Below are positions 9,014 through 18,634 of a DNA stretch of 64,000 nucleotides, piece by piece. The notes beneath the pieces were generated by a model. It ran no database searches. It saw only the letters and a program-made list of their open reading frames with translations, and had not been told where the DNA came from. The stretch comes from Polyangiaceae bacterium (GTDB taxonomy: Bacteria > Myxococcota_A > Polyangia > Polyangiales > Polyangiaceae). Made by a program: the position numbers and the translations under genes. Within the stretch, counting starts at the first letter, position 1, and each line of letters opens with the position of its first letter. The DNA is taken from NCBI GenBank assembly GCA_050287085.1, contig JBNKBE010000017.1:64419-128418 (forward strand), read 5' to 3'.

Positions 9014-9949
9014 ATGACGGACTTAAACATGCCTGAACTACAACAATGCTCTCCCTACCCCAGCTCCGCGCTTCGGCGGTTCACGACGGGTCACGCCGCG
9101 GCTCTGGGCATCTTGTTGTTGGCGGCGGGATGCGGTGACGCAGACCCTGTCGCTCCAATCAACTCTGGCGGAGGTGGCGCGACCCCCAATGCTACTGCTG
9201 GGGCAGGAGCTGGAGGCGAGGGCGTGACCGGTGGTAGCGGCGGCCTGGCCGGTGGCGGCCTCGGGGGAGCGCCCATGGGTGGCGCCCAGGCGGCCGGAGC
9301 CGCGGGTAGCGCCGGGGCCGGCGGGGCGATAGGGGGTAGTGGTGGCAGCACCGCAGGCGCAGATGCTGGAGGCGCTGGCGGCACCGCGGGTGACACCGGC
9401 GCTGGCGGCACTGACCTCGGCGGAGCCGCGGGTAGCGCAGGAGCCGCAGGAGGCGAAGGTGGGGCCGGCATGGTCGAAGAGGTGAGCCCCGGCGTCAAGT
9501 TCTACAACGACGTCTGCGTCGGTTGCCACGGAGCCGACGGAGAAGGCACCGATATTGGCCCCGAGGTTCAACACCCACCCGAAGGCTTCGCGATCTTCGC
9601 GATCCGCGGCGGGCGCATCGCCGGCGACACGACAATGCCACCGTACGGCGAGGAAGCGCTCAGTGAAGAAGTACTGCAGGACCTGCTCGCTTACCTCAAC
9701 GAGCCCCCACAGCCCACCGACGGTGAGGGGCTGTACTTGGACTACTGCGCCAACTGCCACGGCGCAGATGCGCTGGGCGGCCGTACAGGATTCGGTCTGC
9801 GCAACGAGACCGGGCGCTTCCCCATGGACGTACGAAACGGACACCATGGCGGTGACTACGGCCACGAGCACTACATGCCATCGTGGACTGCCGAGGAACT
9901 ATCCGACGCTGAGATACAGCTCATCGCCGGCCACGTCTCATCTCTCTAA
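9014..9949 (+). CDS. Di-haem c-type cytochrome lipoprotein
   Basis: Lipobox LLAAGC, long Gly/Ala linker, two class-I-like domains with CVGCH and CANCH and distal Met-Pro motifs (TMPPY, YMPSW). Confidence 0.88.
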   Translation: MTDLNMPELQQCSPYPSSALRRFTTGHAAALGILLLAAGCGDADPVAPINSGGGGATPNATAGAGAGGEGVTGGSGGLAGGGLGGAPMGGAQAAGAAGSAGAGGAIGGSGGSTAGADAGGAGGTAGDTGAGGTDLGGAAGSAGAAGGEGGAGMVEEVSPGVKFYNDVCVGCHGADGEGTDIGPEVQHPPEGFAIFAIRGGRIAGDTTMPPYGEEALSEEVLQDLLAYLNEPPQPTDGEGLYLDYCANCHGADALGGRTGFGLRNETGRFPMDVRNGHHGGDYGHEHYMPSWTAEELSDAEIQLIAGHVSSL

Positions 9950-9980
9950 TCTGGTTGCACAACCCCGCGCTGCGTCCTAA

Positions 9981-10853
9981 TCAGCCGCCGCGCGGGGCTC
10001 TGAGCCCTGCCCCAAGCGCCATGCGCGCCAAAACGCCCTGCAGGGTAACGTCAAGCTGGGAGCCTTCGCGGTAATCGGCAGGCACCACGAAGTGGGCGCG
10101 GTCTTCCGCGATCAAATGATAGGCGCGACGGCGTATGGCGCTACGCGTAGCCTCATCCGGCGAATCCCAGCGCGCTGGATCAAATACGGCAAGCGAATAG
10201 CCTCCCTGATGGCGGACCATCTTCATGGAGGGTATGTCAGTGTCACCATCCCCCAGATACACCATCCGTTCGAAGGGGATTGCGCGCTTCGCCATCGGGA
10301 TCCAACGATTGACGGGTTCGTTGTCCCAATTGTTGGCGACACCTTTGTTGATGCGAAAGAGGTACTGCGTCTTGGTCGTGTAGTTGACGGCCACCGCGGG
10401 CCAACGCGCCTGGCCGCGCTCATCGTAGCTATAGCGCGAGGCAAAGATGCGCTCAAAACGTTGTGCAATGCGGGTGCCCCGAATGAGCTCTTCGTTGCCC
10501 GACGAAATCACGTAGTGTTCGAGCGCAAGCCCCTGCTCCCGTGCGAAGGCATCAACGCGTTCAAAGTAGCTCTCCACGCCGGAAAACAGCGGAGTGTTCG
10601 CACCGTGATGCACGAGTAGCTCCCGCGTGATCGGAAGCCCTCGCCGAGCCGCGAAAACCAGCAGCAATCGCAAGTAGACAAGGATCTCGTCTGCGTCTTG
10701 CGCACGCTTTTCCTTGCCCACCTCCGTCCAAAAATCCTCCACGCGCACGCCGAGGTAGTCCGGAATGAGGGAGTGCTCTTGGATATTGCCGGGCGCCAAG
10801 GTGCCGTCAAAGTCGTAAACGATTGCAGCTCGCACCAAACCAGGCTCTCGCAT
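9981..10853 (-). CDS. HAD-superfamily hydrolase
   Basis: Motif I YDFDGT, motif II ISSG and motif IV YLGDGDTDIP. Start placed at ATG 10853. Confidence 0.85.
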   Translation of the reverse strand: MREPGLVRAAIVYDFDGTLAPGNIQEHSLIPDYLGVRVEDFWTEVGKEKRAQDADEILVYLRLLLVFAARRGLPITRELLVHHGANTPLFSGVESYFERVDAFAREQGLALEHYVISSGNEELIRGTRIAQRFERIFASRYSYDERGQARWPAVAVNYTTKTQYLFRINKGVANNWDNEPVNRWIPMAKRAIPFERMVYLGDGDTDIPSMKMVRHQGGYSLAVFDPARWDSPDEATRSAIRRRAYHLIAEDRAHFVVPADYREGSQLDVTLQGVLARMALGAGLRAPRGG

Positions 10854-10987
10854 GGCGGCCAAGGGTAGTTGAAAGGACGACACACCGCCACTGCCGCTCC
10901 CGCCGGGCTTCTCGAATGAGCCGCTGAGCGCTTTTGAGCGACTAGCGCCCGTTCGGTCGGGTCGTACTCTCCCGTGGGCGAAACGCG

Positions 10988-13900
10988 GTGGCCATGTCAT
11001 GGTTGGCAAAGGATCCCAAACTCATGCAAGCGCAGCGCCGAGCTCCGACCATCGGTGTGCTGGTTGACAACCTACTGTCAACCTATCAGGCACGACTCAT
11101 AGGCGGCGTACGGCGCTGGGCCCGCCGTCATGGCTGTCGCCTCATCACTTTCGCTGGCGGCGCCTTGCACGCCGAACGACAGCTATTCGACGGCTCGTTC
11201 GTCTTCGAACTCCCGAGCTCCCAAACCGTCAGCGGACTCATTGTTGTGAGCAACGCGCTGGCTTCAGCCGAAGGACTGGAACTCGTCTGCACTCGAGCGT
11301 CCGGCTACGGATTACCCATCGTTTCCGTTGGGCTACTACCAGGCTATGCATCGGTGGACGCCGACACAGAGCTTGGCGCCCGACAGTTGATCGAACACCT
11401 GGTGGACGACCACAACTACTCTCGTTTCTTATTCATTCGTGGACCGAAGGGCAATCCAGACAGCCAAGAACGAGAAGCGGTGTTTCGCGATGTCATGTTG
11501 TGTCGAGATCTGGACATCGACGAGCATCTAATGCTCGACGGTGACTTTCTTCAAAGCGGCGGTGCCCGCGCCATCGAAGAGGCGCTCGACGTTCGACGCA
11601 TCTCCGTGAAGTCGATAGACGCCATCGTCGCGGCGAACGACCTAATGGCCCTGGGTGCCCTCGACGAATTGACGGCACGCGGCTACCGAATTCCGCACGA
11701 CGTTGCGCTGGTCGGATACGACGACGACGATGTCGCTCGCTCTGTCACCCCCGCATTCACCACTGTGTCCCAACCCGTCGAAGAACTCGGCGCTCGGGCT
11801 ATTCAGCTCTTGGTTCGCTTGCTGCAGGGTGAGGAGGCAGTAGAGAGCCAGACCGTTGCGACTGAACTCGTAGTGCGCAGCTCCTGCGGCTGCACCCCTG
11901 CTAGAGCCCGCGCGCACAGCGATTGCCGCGCCGAGCAGTCCGCTGCGCAATGCCTGGAAGCGGTGGGTCAAATGCTCTCGCCCTACTTGAGCGACCAGTC
12001 CCTCTCCAACCTCAGCGCTCATCTGGAGGGCTACCTGGGCGCCGAAGTCGAGCCGGAACAACACGATTGGCTGGAACCGTACGTCCAAGAAGCACATCGG
12101 CACGGGCTTGAACCGCTTCGTTGGCACGACGTTCTTGAACGCCTAGATCAGAGTTCACGGCGCAGTTCTGGAGGGCCGAGACCGGCGCGCGCGCTCGCCG
12201 GTCTCGGTCAACGCCTGGACGCCATTGCGGCACGTTTGGCGACCTTGATGCGCCTTCGTCAAGAGGAAGAATCCCTGGCTATCCGCGCCCTGGGGCACGC
12301 CCTAAGCTCGGAAAAGGCCATCAATGGCGTCAACGAGGCTCTGGCAAAGACGCTACCTGGACTTGACATTCCCTTTTGTCTCGTTTGCCTCTTTGAGCCA
12401 GGTGAACAAGACGCAGTCCACGTCTTCGCTCACTATCAGACCGTGGCCGGCGGGAAATTGTCGGCGCTCGTCAGACACCCGTCCGAGGTCTACCGCGCCA
12501 TGCCAAGCGCTCCGCCGTCCAGCAGAACCGTGCTCGACGAACCGCTTCATGGCACCGCCCTGAGGGCGGTGCAGCTAGCCCCCGAATCCGTAAAACGAGA
12601 ACTTGGGCGTGCCAACCTTCTGATAGCACCCCTCACCTTCGGAGAGCAAAGTCTGGGGTATGTCGTATTTCACGAGCCGCTGACGACGCATCGGGCATGG
12701 GCCCTGGACGGCGTAACGAGCCATCTCAGCCGAGGCGCGCATGCCATCTTGCTAGCACACCGCCTCAGAAGCGCCCGCCGCAGTGCAGAACGCGCCAATG
12801 ACGTCAAATCCGAGTTCCTCGCCATGATGTCGCACGAGCTACGAACCCCGATGACCGGCGTACTCGGCCAATTGGACCTGAGCTTGCGGCAAGAGCTGAA
12901 CGACGATCAACGAAGACGTCTAATGCAGGCACGCGACTCTGCAGCGGTGTTGCTGCGAGTCGTCAACGACATTCTCGATCTAGCGAAGGCAGAAGGCGGG
13001 CACATACAGCTCGAAAGCTCCATCTTCAAACTTGAGGAGGTGTTGCAACGCGCCACTGCCAGCGTAATGCCGGCCGTCAGCAACAAGGAGCTCGGCTTTG
13101 TCCTGAATCTCGCGCCGGACTTGCCCGAACAGATCGAGGGCGATCCGCTCCGTCTCACTCAGATCTTGACCAATCTGCTCAGCAACGCAGTCAAGTTCAG
13201 CGATAGCGGTGAGATCGATCTCACGGTACGGGTCGTCTCGGGAGAGAGGGGCACCGAAGGCTGGCTCGAGTGTATCGTATCCGATCAGGGCGTTGGCATC
13301 AGCGAGGCGCAACGAGCAACGCTCTTCGAGCCCTTCGTCCAAGGCGATAGCTCGACGACCCGACGCTACGGAGGGACTGGACTGGGCTTGGCCATTGCGC
13401 GGCGTTTCGCGCGCTTGATGGGCGGAGACATCGACGTGGAAAGCGAATTGGGACGCGGTAGCTCGTTTCGCTTTCGGCTGCCCCTGACGGCCGCGCAGAG
13501 CTCCCCCCCCGAATCCATTGCGGGCCGAGCCCCGGTGCTGCTGGCCGTCGGCAATGACGCAGAACGCCTCGCGCTTGCAAGGGCGTTCCACCATCGCGGC
13601 TTGACGGTTGCATCCTGTCACAATCTCGAAACGACTCTCGAGCAGCTAGGCCGCCCGGGAGCTAGCTTCTCAATGGTGCTCGTCGACCACGCGCTGCCGC
13701 CTCTAGGCTACAATGAACTCGCAGACCAACTCGGACGCTTCGGACACGCGGTGGACGGTCCGGTGGTGCTGCTGGGCCGCTACGGAGACGATGAGCCGTT
13801 GCGCCATCCGGCAATCGCCTTGCGCCTGCAGAAGCCGCTCTTTCCGTCAGCCATTCAGGCTCTGTGCCGCTACGGGCTTACGCCGGGGCCCAGCGAGCCT

Positions 13901-15007
13901 CAGCACAACGCTCCCGGCCCGAATCGGCAACCCCTTCGAGGCAGGGTGTTGCTCCTAGCCCAAGACGATCCCACGTCTCAAGACGTATTGCGACATGTAC
14001 TCGAAACGGCAGGAGCGAGCGTCGTTTCGGTGAGCAACGGAAACGACGCAGTCGCGCTCGCCGAAGAGAAGGGCTTCGACGCGATCTTGCTCGACCTCGG
14101 ACTTCCCGGGATGGACGGCTACGCAGCGGCACGGGCGATTCGTCTCGACAAGAAGCACGCGCGTACCCCGATTCTAGCTGTGACGGCCAATGCCAGCTTA
14201 TTGGCGCGCCAACGCTGTCTCGCCGCAGGCATGAACGACTTCGTCACGCTTCCCGTGGCGGCGCCGCAACTGCTTTCGGCTCTTGATTCGGTGCTCGGAC
14301 GAGATCCCCGTCCCCTGGTCAGCAGAATGCAGAGCACGCAGTCCTTCGCCTCGCTGAGCGCTCTGCGCGCAGACAATCTGCTAGACACCGGACTCGGACG
14401 GGAACGGCTTGGAGGCAGCATCGACTTCTATGACCGACTGCTCCAGCGCTTTGTCGAGCACAACGAGTCAGTTGTGGCCAGCGTTCGGCACTACGCCGAA
14501 CACGGGGAGTCGCACGAGATACAGCGTGCCGTGCACACGCTGGTCAGCGCGGCCGGCAACGTCGGAGCGCGGTACCTGCACGGTATCGCCCGCCATCTGG
14601 AGTCCGAAACGGCGGAAGGTCAACGCGTTCCGAGTGACGAAGCTCTGACGGAACTCGAATTCGCCGTCCTCGCCACCATGCAGACAGCAAAAACCTACCT
14701 CAAAGCTCGTGCCTCCTCAGAGGGAACCTGCGATACGCTGGCCACCTCGATCGATGACGACGCCCCGGGCGTCACCCTACAAGAACTCGTCGACCTGGTG
14801 AGTCACCACGATACGCGCGCGCTAGAGTTGCTCGCTCACCTACGACCGTCAGCCGCAAGCCCTGACGCCCCCCGCGATGCCGTAGCCACCACCCTGCGCG
14901 CGCTCGAAACCTCGTTGCACTCCTACGACTTCGAGAAAGCCCGCGCACAGCTCGATCAGCTTGCGCAATGGTTCCCCCTGCCTGCCTCGGGGCCGCCGTC
15001 GCGGTAA
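10988..15007 (+). CDS. Hybrid histidine kinase: LacI/PBP-type sugar-binding sensor, HisKA, HATPase, two REC domains and HPt
   Basis: N-terminal IVAANDLMALG...VALVGYDD...TTVSQP (LacI-type ligand domain without HTH). Also FLAMMSHELRTPM, NLLSNAVKF, GGTGLGL, DAILLDLGLPGMDG and HPt VHTLVSAAGNVGA. No transmembrane helix seen. The start may be ATG 11024. Confidence 0.92.
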   Translation: MAMSWLAKDPKLMQAQRRAPTIGVLVDNLLSTYQARLIGGVRRWARRHGCRLITFAGGALHAERQLFDGSFVFELPSSQTVSGLIVVSNALASAEGLELVCTRASGYGLPIVSVGLLPGYASVDADTELGARQLIEHLVDDHNYSRFLFIRGPKGNPDSQEREAVFRDVMLCRDLDIDEHLMLDGDFLQSGGARAIEEALDVRRISVKSIDAIVAANDLMALGALDELTARGYRIPHDVALVGYDDDDVARSVTPAFTTVSQPVEELGARAIQLLVRLLQGEEAVESQTVATELVVRSSCGCTPARARAHSDCRAEQSAAQCLEAVGQMLSPYLSDQSLSNLSAHLEGYLGAEVEPEQHDWLEPYVQEAHRHGLEPLRWHDVLERLDQSSRRSSGGPRPARALAGLGQRLDAIAARLATLMRLRQEEESLAIRALGHALSSEKAINGVNEALAKTLPGLDIPFCLVCLFEPGEQDAVHVFAHYQTVAGGKLSALVRHPSEVYRAMPSAPPSSRTVLDEPLHGTALRAVQLAPESVKRELGRANLLIAPLTFGEQSLGYVVFHEPLTTHRAWALDGVTSHLSRGAHAILLAHRLRSARRSAERANDVKSEFLAMMSHELRTPMTGVLGQLDLSLRQELNDDQRRRLMQARDSAAVLLRVVNDILDLAKAEGGHIQLESSIFKLEEVLQRATASVMPAVSNKELGFVLNLAPDLPEQIEGDPLRLTQILTNLLSNAVKFSDSGEIDLTVRVVSGERGTEGWLECIVSDQGVGISEAQRATLFEPFVQGDSSTTRRYGGTGLGLAIARRFARLMGGDIDVESELGRGSSFRFRLPLTAAQSSPPESIAGRAPVLLAVGNDAERLALARAFHHRGLTVASCHNLETTLEQLGRPGASFSMVLVDHALPPLGYNELADQLGRFGHAVDGPVVLLGRYGDDEPLRHPAIALRLQKPLFPSAIQALCRYGLTPGPSEPQHNAPGPNRQPLRGRVLLLAQDDPTSQDVLRHVLETAGASVVSVSNGNDAVALAEEKGFDAILLDLGLPGMDGYAAARAIRLDKKHARTPILAVTANASLLARQRCLAAGMNDFVTLPVAAPQLLSALDSVLGRDPRPLVSRMQSTQSFASLSALRADNLLDTGLGRERLGGSIDFYDRLLQRFVEHNESVVASVRHYAEHGESHEIQRAVHTLVSAAGNVGARYLHGIARHLESETAEGQRVPSDEALTELEFAVLATMQTAKTYLKARASSEGTCDTLATSIDDDAPGVTLQELVDLVSHHDTRALELLAHLRPSAASPDAPRDAVATTLRALETSLHSYDFEKARAQLDQLAQWFPLPASGPPSR

Positions 15008-16005
15008 CGAGCCAAGATCTCAAGACAGTCGGGCAGTACCTCGAAGAAGGCGTCCACCATCGCCGGCTCAAAATGTAACCCCCGCTGCTCGCGAATTAAC
15101 TGCAGGGCGCGTTCCAAGGGCCATGCGGGCTTATAGGGTCGCGACGAAAGCAGCGCATCGAATACATCAGCCACCGCGACGACTCGGGCTGAGTAGGGAA
15201 TATCCGTACCGCTCAACCCACTGGGATAGCCTTCACCATTCCATCGCTCATGATGATTGAGAGCGACTTCGGCGGCGGCTGACAACAACTCCGAGTGATG
15301 ATTGCCGATGATCTCAGCGCCTTTGGTGGTGTGAGTCTTCATCAGCTCCCACTCCTCGCCGACCAGCCTCCCCGGTTTGAGCAGGACTCGATCGGGAATG
15401 CCAATCTTGCCCACATCATGCATTGGCGCAACCGTGCGGAGCAGCTCTGCACGATCTTCGCTGGCCCCATTGGCAAGGGCTATCTTCTCGGCGCATTGGG
15501 CCATGCGAATGACATGCAACCCCGTCTCGTTGTCGCGGTATTCGGCGGCTCGACCAAGACGTGCAATGATCTCTAGACGGGTCTCGGCAAGTTCTTTGGT
15601 CCGCTCGGCGACTTGCCGCGACAACTCGAGCTGCTGATGGTGCAAACGCAGTTGAGTGCGCACGCGAGAACGCACAAGCGCACCGACATACGGTTTCGTG
15701 ATGTAGTCGACCGCCCCCAAACTCAGCCCGCGTGCTTCATTGCTGACGTCCGATAGTGTTGTGATGAATATCACCGGAATTGGTCGTGTTCGTTCGTCGT
15801 TCTTCAGTCGCCGACAAACCTCATACCCGTCCATGTCGGGAAGCATCACATCGAGCAGAATGAGGTGAGGCTGATAAGCCTCAGCCAGCTCCAGCCCCAG
15901 TCTCCCATTGATGGCGGCGTAGACCTGATGCTCGGGCTGAAGCAAACCACGCAGCACGTCGATGCTTTCCGGAGCATCGTCAACAATCAAGACAGTCGGA
16001 TTCAT
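14956..16005 (-). CDS. REC + HD-GYP response regulator (RpfG-like c-di-GMP phosphodiesterase)
   Basis: LIVDD...LLDVMLPDMDG...YITKP, then EYRDNETGLHVIR, MHDVGKIG, HHERWNGEGYP and VADVFDAL..RPYK. Start ATG 16005. Confidence 0.93.
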   Translation of the reverse strand: MNPTVLIVDDAPESIDVLRGLLQPEHQVYAAINGRLGLELAEAYQPHLILLDVMLPDMDGYEVCRRLKNDERTRPIPVIFITTLSDVSNEARGLSLGAVDYITKPYVGALVRSRVRTQLRLHHQQLELSRQVAERTKELAETRLEIIARLGRAAEYRDNETGLHVIRMAQCAEKIALANGASEDRAELLRTVAPMHDVGKIGIPDRVLLKPGRLVGEEWELMKTHTTKGAEIIGNHHSELLSAAAEVALNHHERWNGEGYPSGLSGTDIPYSARVVAVADVFDALLSSRPYKPAWPLERALQLIREQRGLHFEPAMVDAFFEVLPDCLEILARYRDGGPEAGRGNHCAS

Positions 16006-16036
16006 GCCCCCCCCTTTGCTCACCTCGGATGCCAAC

Positions 16037-17410
16037 TCACTGCCCACGGGCAAGCTGGCGTAGGAAATGCGCACTTCGCTTCGGCGTCCGCTTCTGACTC
16101 TCGAAGTCCACGTGCACAATGCCGTAGCGCAACGTATATCCCTCCGACCATTCGAAGTTGTCCATCAAGGACCATGCGAAGTAGCTGTCAACCGGAATGC
16201 CCTCAGCCCGCGCCAACGCCAACTGCCGCAAGTGCTGCTCAAAGAACTCAACTCGACCATCGTCGGCCACTTCTCCGTCGGACCCCAGAGAGTCCTCCCC
16301 CGGAAACGCCGCCCCGTTTTCGGTGATCACCAGGCGTGACACCGGATAGTCGCGGTGAACGCGCTGCAGGGTCTCGCGAATTCCTTCCGGATAGATCTCG
16401 CGATCCGCGGTTCGCGGACGCTCGGGCTCTCGTACGTTGGATAGATGCAGCAGACCCTCCTTGGGACTATCCCGCACTAGCCCGCGCTCGTAATAGTTGA
16501 TGCCAAGCACGTCGATCGGCTGAGCGATGAGCTCCAGGTCACCAGGCAATAGCGCCGGCACAGCAGGTCCGTAGAACTGGACCATGTCTTCTGGATAGCC
16601 GCGCCCCACGAGAGGGTCGAGAAACCATCGATTGAAGTTGCCATCCAAGCGAGCGGCCGCTGCTACATCCTCTTCGCTCTGAGACGCGGCGTGGACGGGC
16701 AAATAATTTGGGGCGATGCCAATAGGAGAACCTGTACACGCACGAAGCGCTTGGACCGCCAGGCCATGGGAAACAAGGAGGTGATGTGCGCACAGCAGCG
16801 CCTCGGACAGGCTCTTATGCCCCGGAGCAAATAGTCCCTGCTCATAGCCGAGGAACGCCTGACACCATGGCTCGTTGTGAGTTAACCAAAGCGCAACGCG
16901 GTCGCCCAAGCGGGTCGCGACAGCTTGAGCGTACTCAGCAAACGCCTGGGTGGTATCACGAGACAACCAGCCGCCCTCGGGCTCGAGCGCCTGCGGAAGG
17001 TCCCAATGATAGAGCGTTGCGCAGGGCTCGATGCCGCGCGCAAGCAGCCCATCCACCAATCGCTCGTAGAAGTCCAGCCCAGCCTGATTGACAGCACCTC
17101 GCCCTTCCGGAATCACCCGCGGCCAAGCGATGCTGAAGCGATAAGTATCCACGCCAAGCCACGCCAGAAGGTCGAGATCTTCCTCAAGACGTTGATAGTG
17201 ATCGCAGGCCACGTCGCCGGTATGACCCAGCTTCGTCTTTCCGGGGGTATGACTGAAGGTGTCCCAAATACTATCAAGACGACCATCGAGGTGGCGAGCC
17301 CCCTCGATCTGATAAGCGGACGTCGCAACCCCCATGCGGAAGCCCGGTCCGAGTTCGGCGCGAAGACTGCGGGCGGTTGAGACTGCGGAAGTCGATAGCG
17401 GCTCGCTCAT
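16037..17410 (-). CDS. Glycoside hydrolase family 1 beta-glucosidase
   Basis: GVATSAYQIEG, YRFSIAWPR, TLYHWDLPQ, acid/base THNEP, nucleophile ITENG and WSLMDNFEW. No signal peptide. Confidence 0.95.
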   Translation of the reverse strand: MSEPLSTSAVSTARSLRAELGPGFRMGVATSAYQIEGARHLDGRLDSIWDTFSHTPGKTKLGHTGDVACDHYQRLEEDLDLLAWLGVDTYRFSIAWPRVIPEGRGAVNQAGLDFYERLVDGLLARGIEPCATLYHWDLPQALEPEGGWLSRDTTQAFAEYAQAVATRLGDRVALWLTHNEPWCQAFLGYEQGLFAPGHKSLSEALLCAHHLLVSHGLAVQALRACTGSPIGIAPNYLPVHAASQSEEDVAAAARLDGNFNRWFLDPLVGRGYPEDMVQFYGPAVPALLPGDLELIAQPIDVLGINYYERGLVRDSPKEGLLHLSNVREPERPRTADREIYPEGIRETLQRVHRDYPVSRLVITENGAAFPGEDSLGSDGEVADDGRVEFFEQHLRQLALARAEGIPVDSYFAWSLMDNFEWSEGYTLRYGIVHVDFESQKRTPKRSAHFLRQLARGQ

Positions 17411-17468
17411 GGTTTGCGGAAAGAATGTGACACACCACGGAGAAAGCACAAACCGCTATCATGAGGCA

Positions 17469-18596
17469 GTGGACGCAGAAAACACCGTCGTGGACGTCGT
17501 GGTCATCGGAGCCGGAGTAGTCGGACTCGCCTGCGCTCTGGCCCTCCGGGACCATTTTTCGACGGTGGCCGTTGTTGAACGCAACGCCGCTGTAGGGCGC
17601 GAACTCACCAGCCGAAACAGCGGGGTGATTCACGCCGGCCTGTACAACTCCAAACACACGCTGAAGACGACGCTTTGCATCCGCGGTCGCCATCTCCTTT
17701 ATGAACTGGCGCCCAAGCTAGGCGTGTCTCTGAAACGCTGCGGGAAGCTGGTGGTCGCGGTCGATGCCACGGAAGAACTAGCCTTGCACGCGCTCTGGGA
17801 GCAGGCTCGTCAGAACTGCGTCGAAGGGATTTCTCGACTCGACAACAGGGCGCTTCAGCGCGCTGAGCCACTCGTCCGCGGCCGTTCAGCACTATACAGC
17901 GCGGAAAGCGGTATCATTGATTCGGTCGGCTTGGCCGAAGCGCTGGCCCGTCTGGCCGAAGCGCGTGGCGTTGCGATAGCTCCCATGAATCGGCTGGTCG
18001 CGTTGGAGCGGAGCCAGCGTAACTGGCGATGCGTCGTCGAAGTGGAAGGAACCCGGTGCACCCTAGGCGCCCCACTGATAGTTAACGCGGCGGGACTCGA
18101 TGCCCCTGGTGTGGCTCGCCTCGCAGGCCTCGATCTCGCCGCTGCAGGGCTCGAATATCAGCTGTGGAAAGGGAGCTACTTTGCACTAGGAGGGCGATTT
18201 CGAAGGGCCTTCACTCACCTGGTCTACCCGATCCCGCCTCAGCATGGCCTGGGCGTACATCTCACCCTCGATCTCGACGGCGCGGTCCGCCTCGGCCCAA
18301 ACGCAGAGCGGGTGAGCAGGCTCGACTATCAGGTCGATCCATCCCAAGCCCCCGAATTCGCCCGACTCGCTCAGCGCTATCTACCCACGCTCCGGGAAAG
18401 CGATCTCGTCCCCGCCTACGCCGGTATTCGTCCTCGCCTGGCGCCGCTAGATACTGGCCCGCGTGACTTCCATATCGCCCACGCCGCCCCGCTGGGTGCC
18501 CCAGGCTTGTTCAACGTGCTCGGTATCGAATCACCCGGGCTGACAGCGTGTCTCGCCATAGGCGAACACCTAGCACGGCTGGTAGCTGAGGCCTGA
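17469..18596 (+). CDS. FAD-dependent oxidoreductase, L-2-hydroxyglutarate oxidase-like family
   Basis: VIGAGVVGLA, TSRNSGVIHAGLY, LGVHLTLDLDG, YAGIRP and GIESPGLTA. Start placed at GTG 17469. Confidence 0.85.
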   Translation: MDAENTVVDVVVIGAGVVGLACALALRDHFSTVAVVERNAAVGRELTSRNSGVIHAGLYNSKHTLKTTLCIRGRHLLYELAPKLGVSLKRCGKLVVAVDATEELALHALWEQARQNCVEGISRLDNRALQRAEPLVRGRSALYSAESGIIDSVGLAEALARLAEARGVAIAPMNRLVALERSQRNWRCVVEVEGTRCTLGAPLIVNAAGLDAPGVARLAGLDLAAAGLEYQLWKGSYFALGGRFRRAFTHLVYPIPPQHGLGVHLTLDLDGAVRLGPNAERVSRLDYQVDPSQAPEFARLAQRYLPTLRESDLVPAYAGIRPRLAPLDTGPRDFHIAHAAPLGAPGLFNVLGIESPGLTACLAIGEHLARLVAEA

Positions 18597-18634
18597 TCAA
18601 CAACGACGCCGCCCAGCGAGAACGGAGCTCCGCA

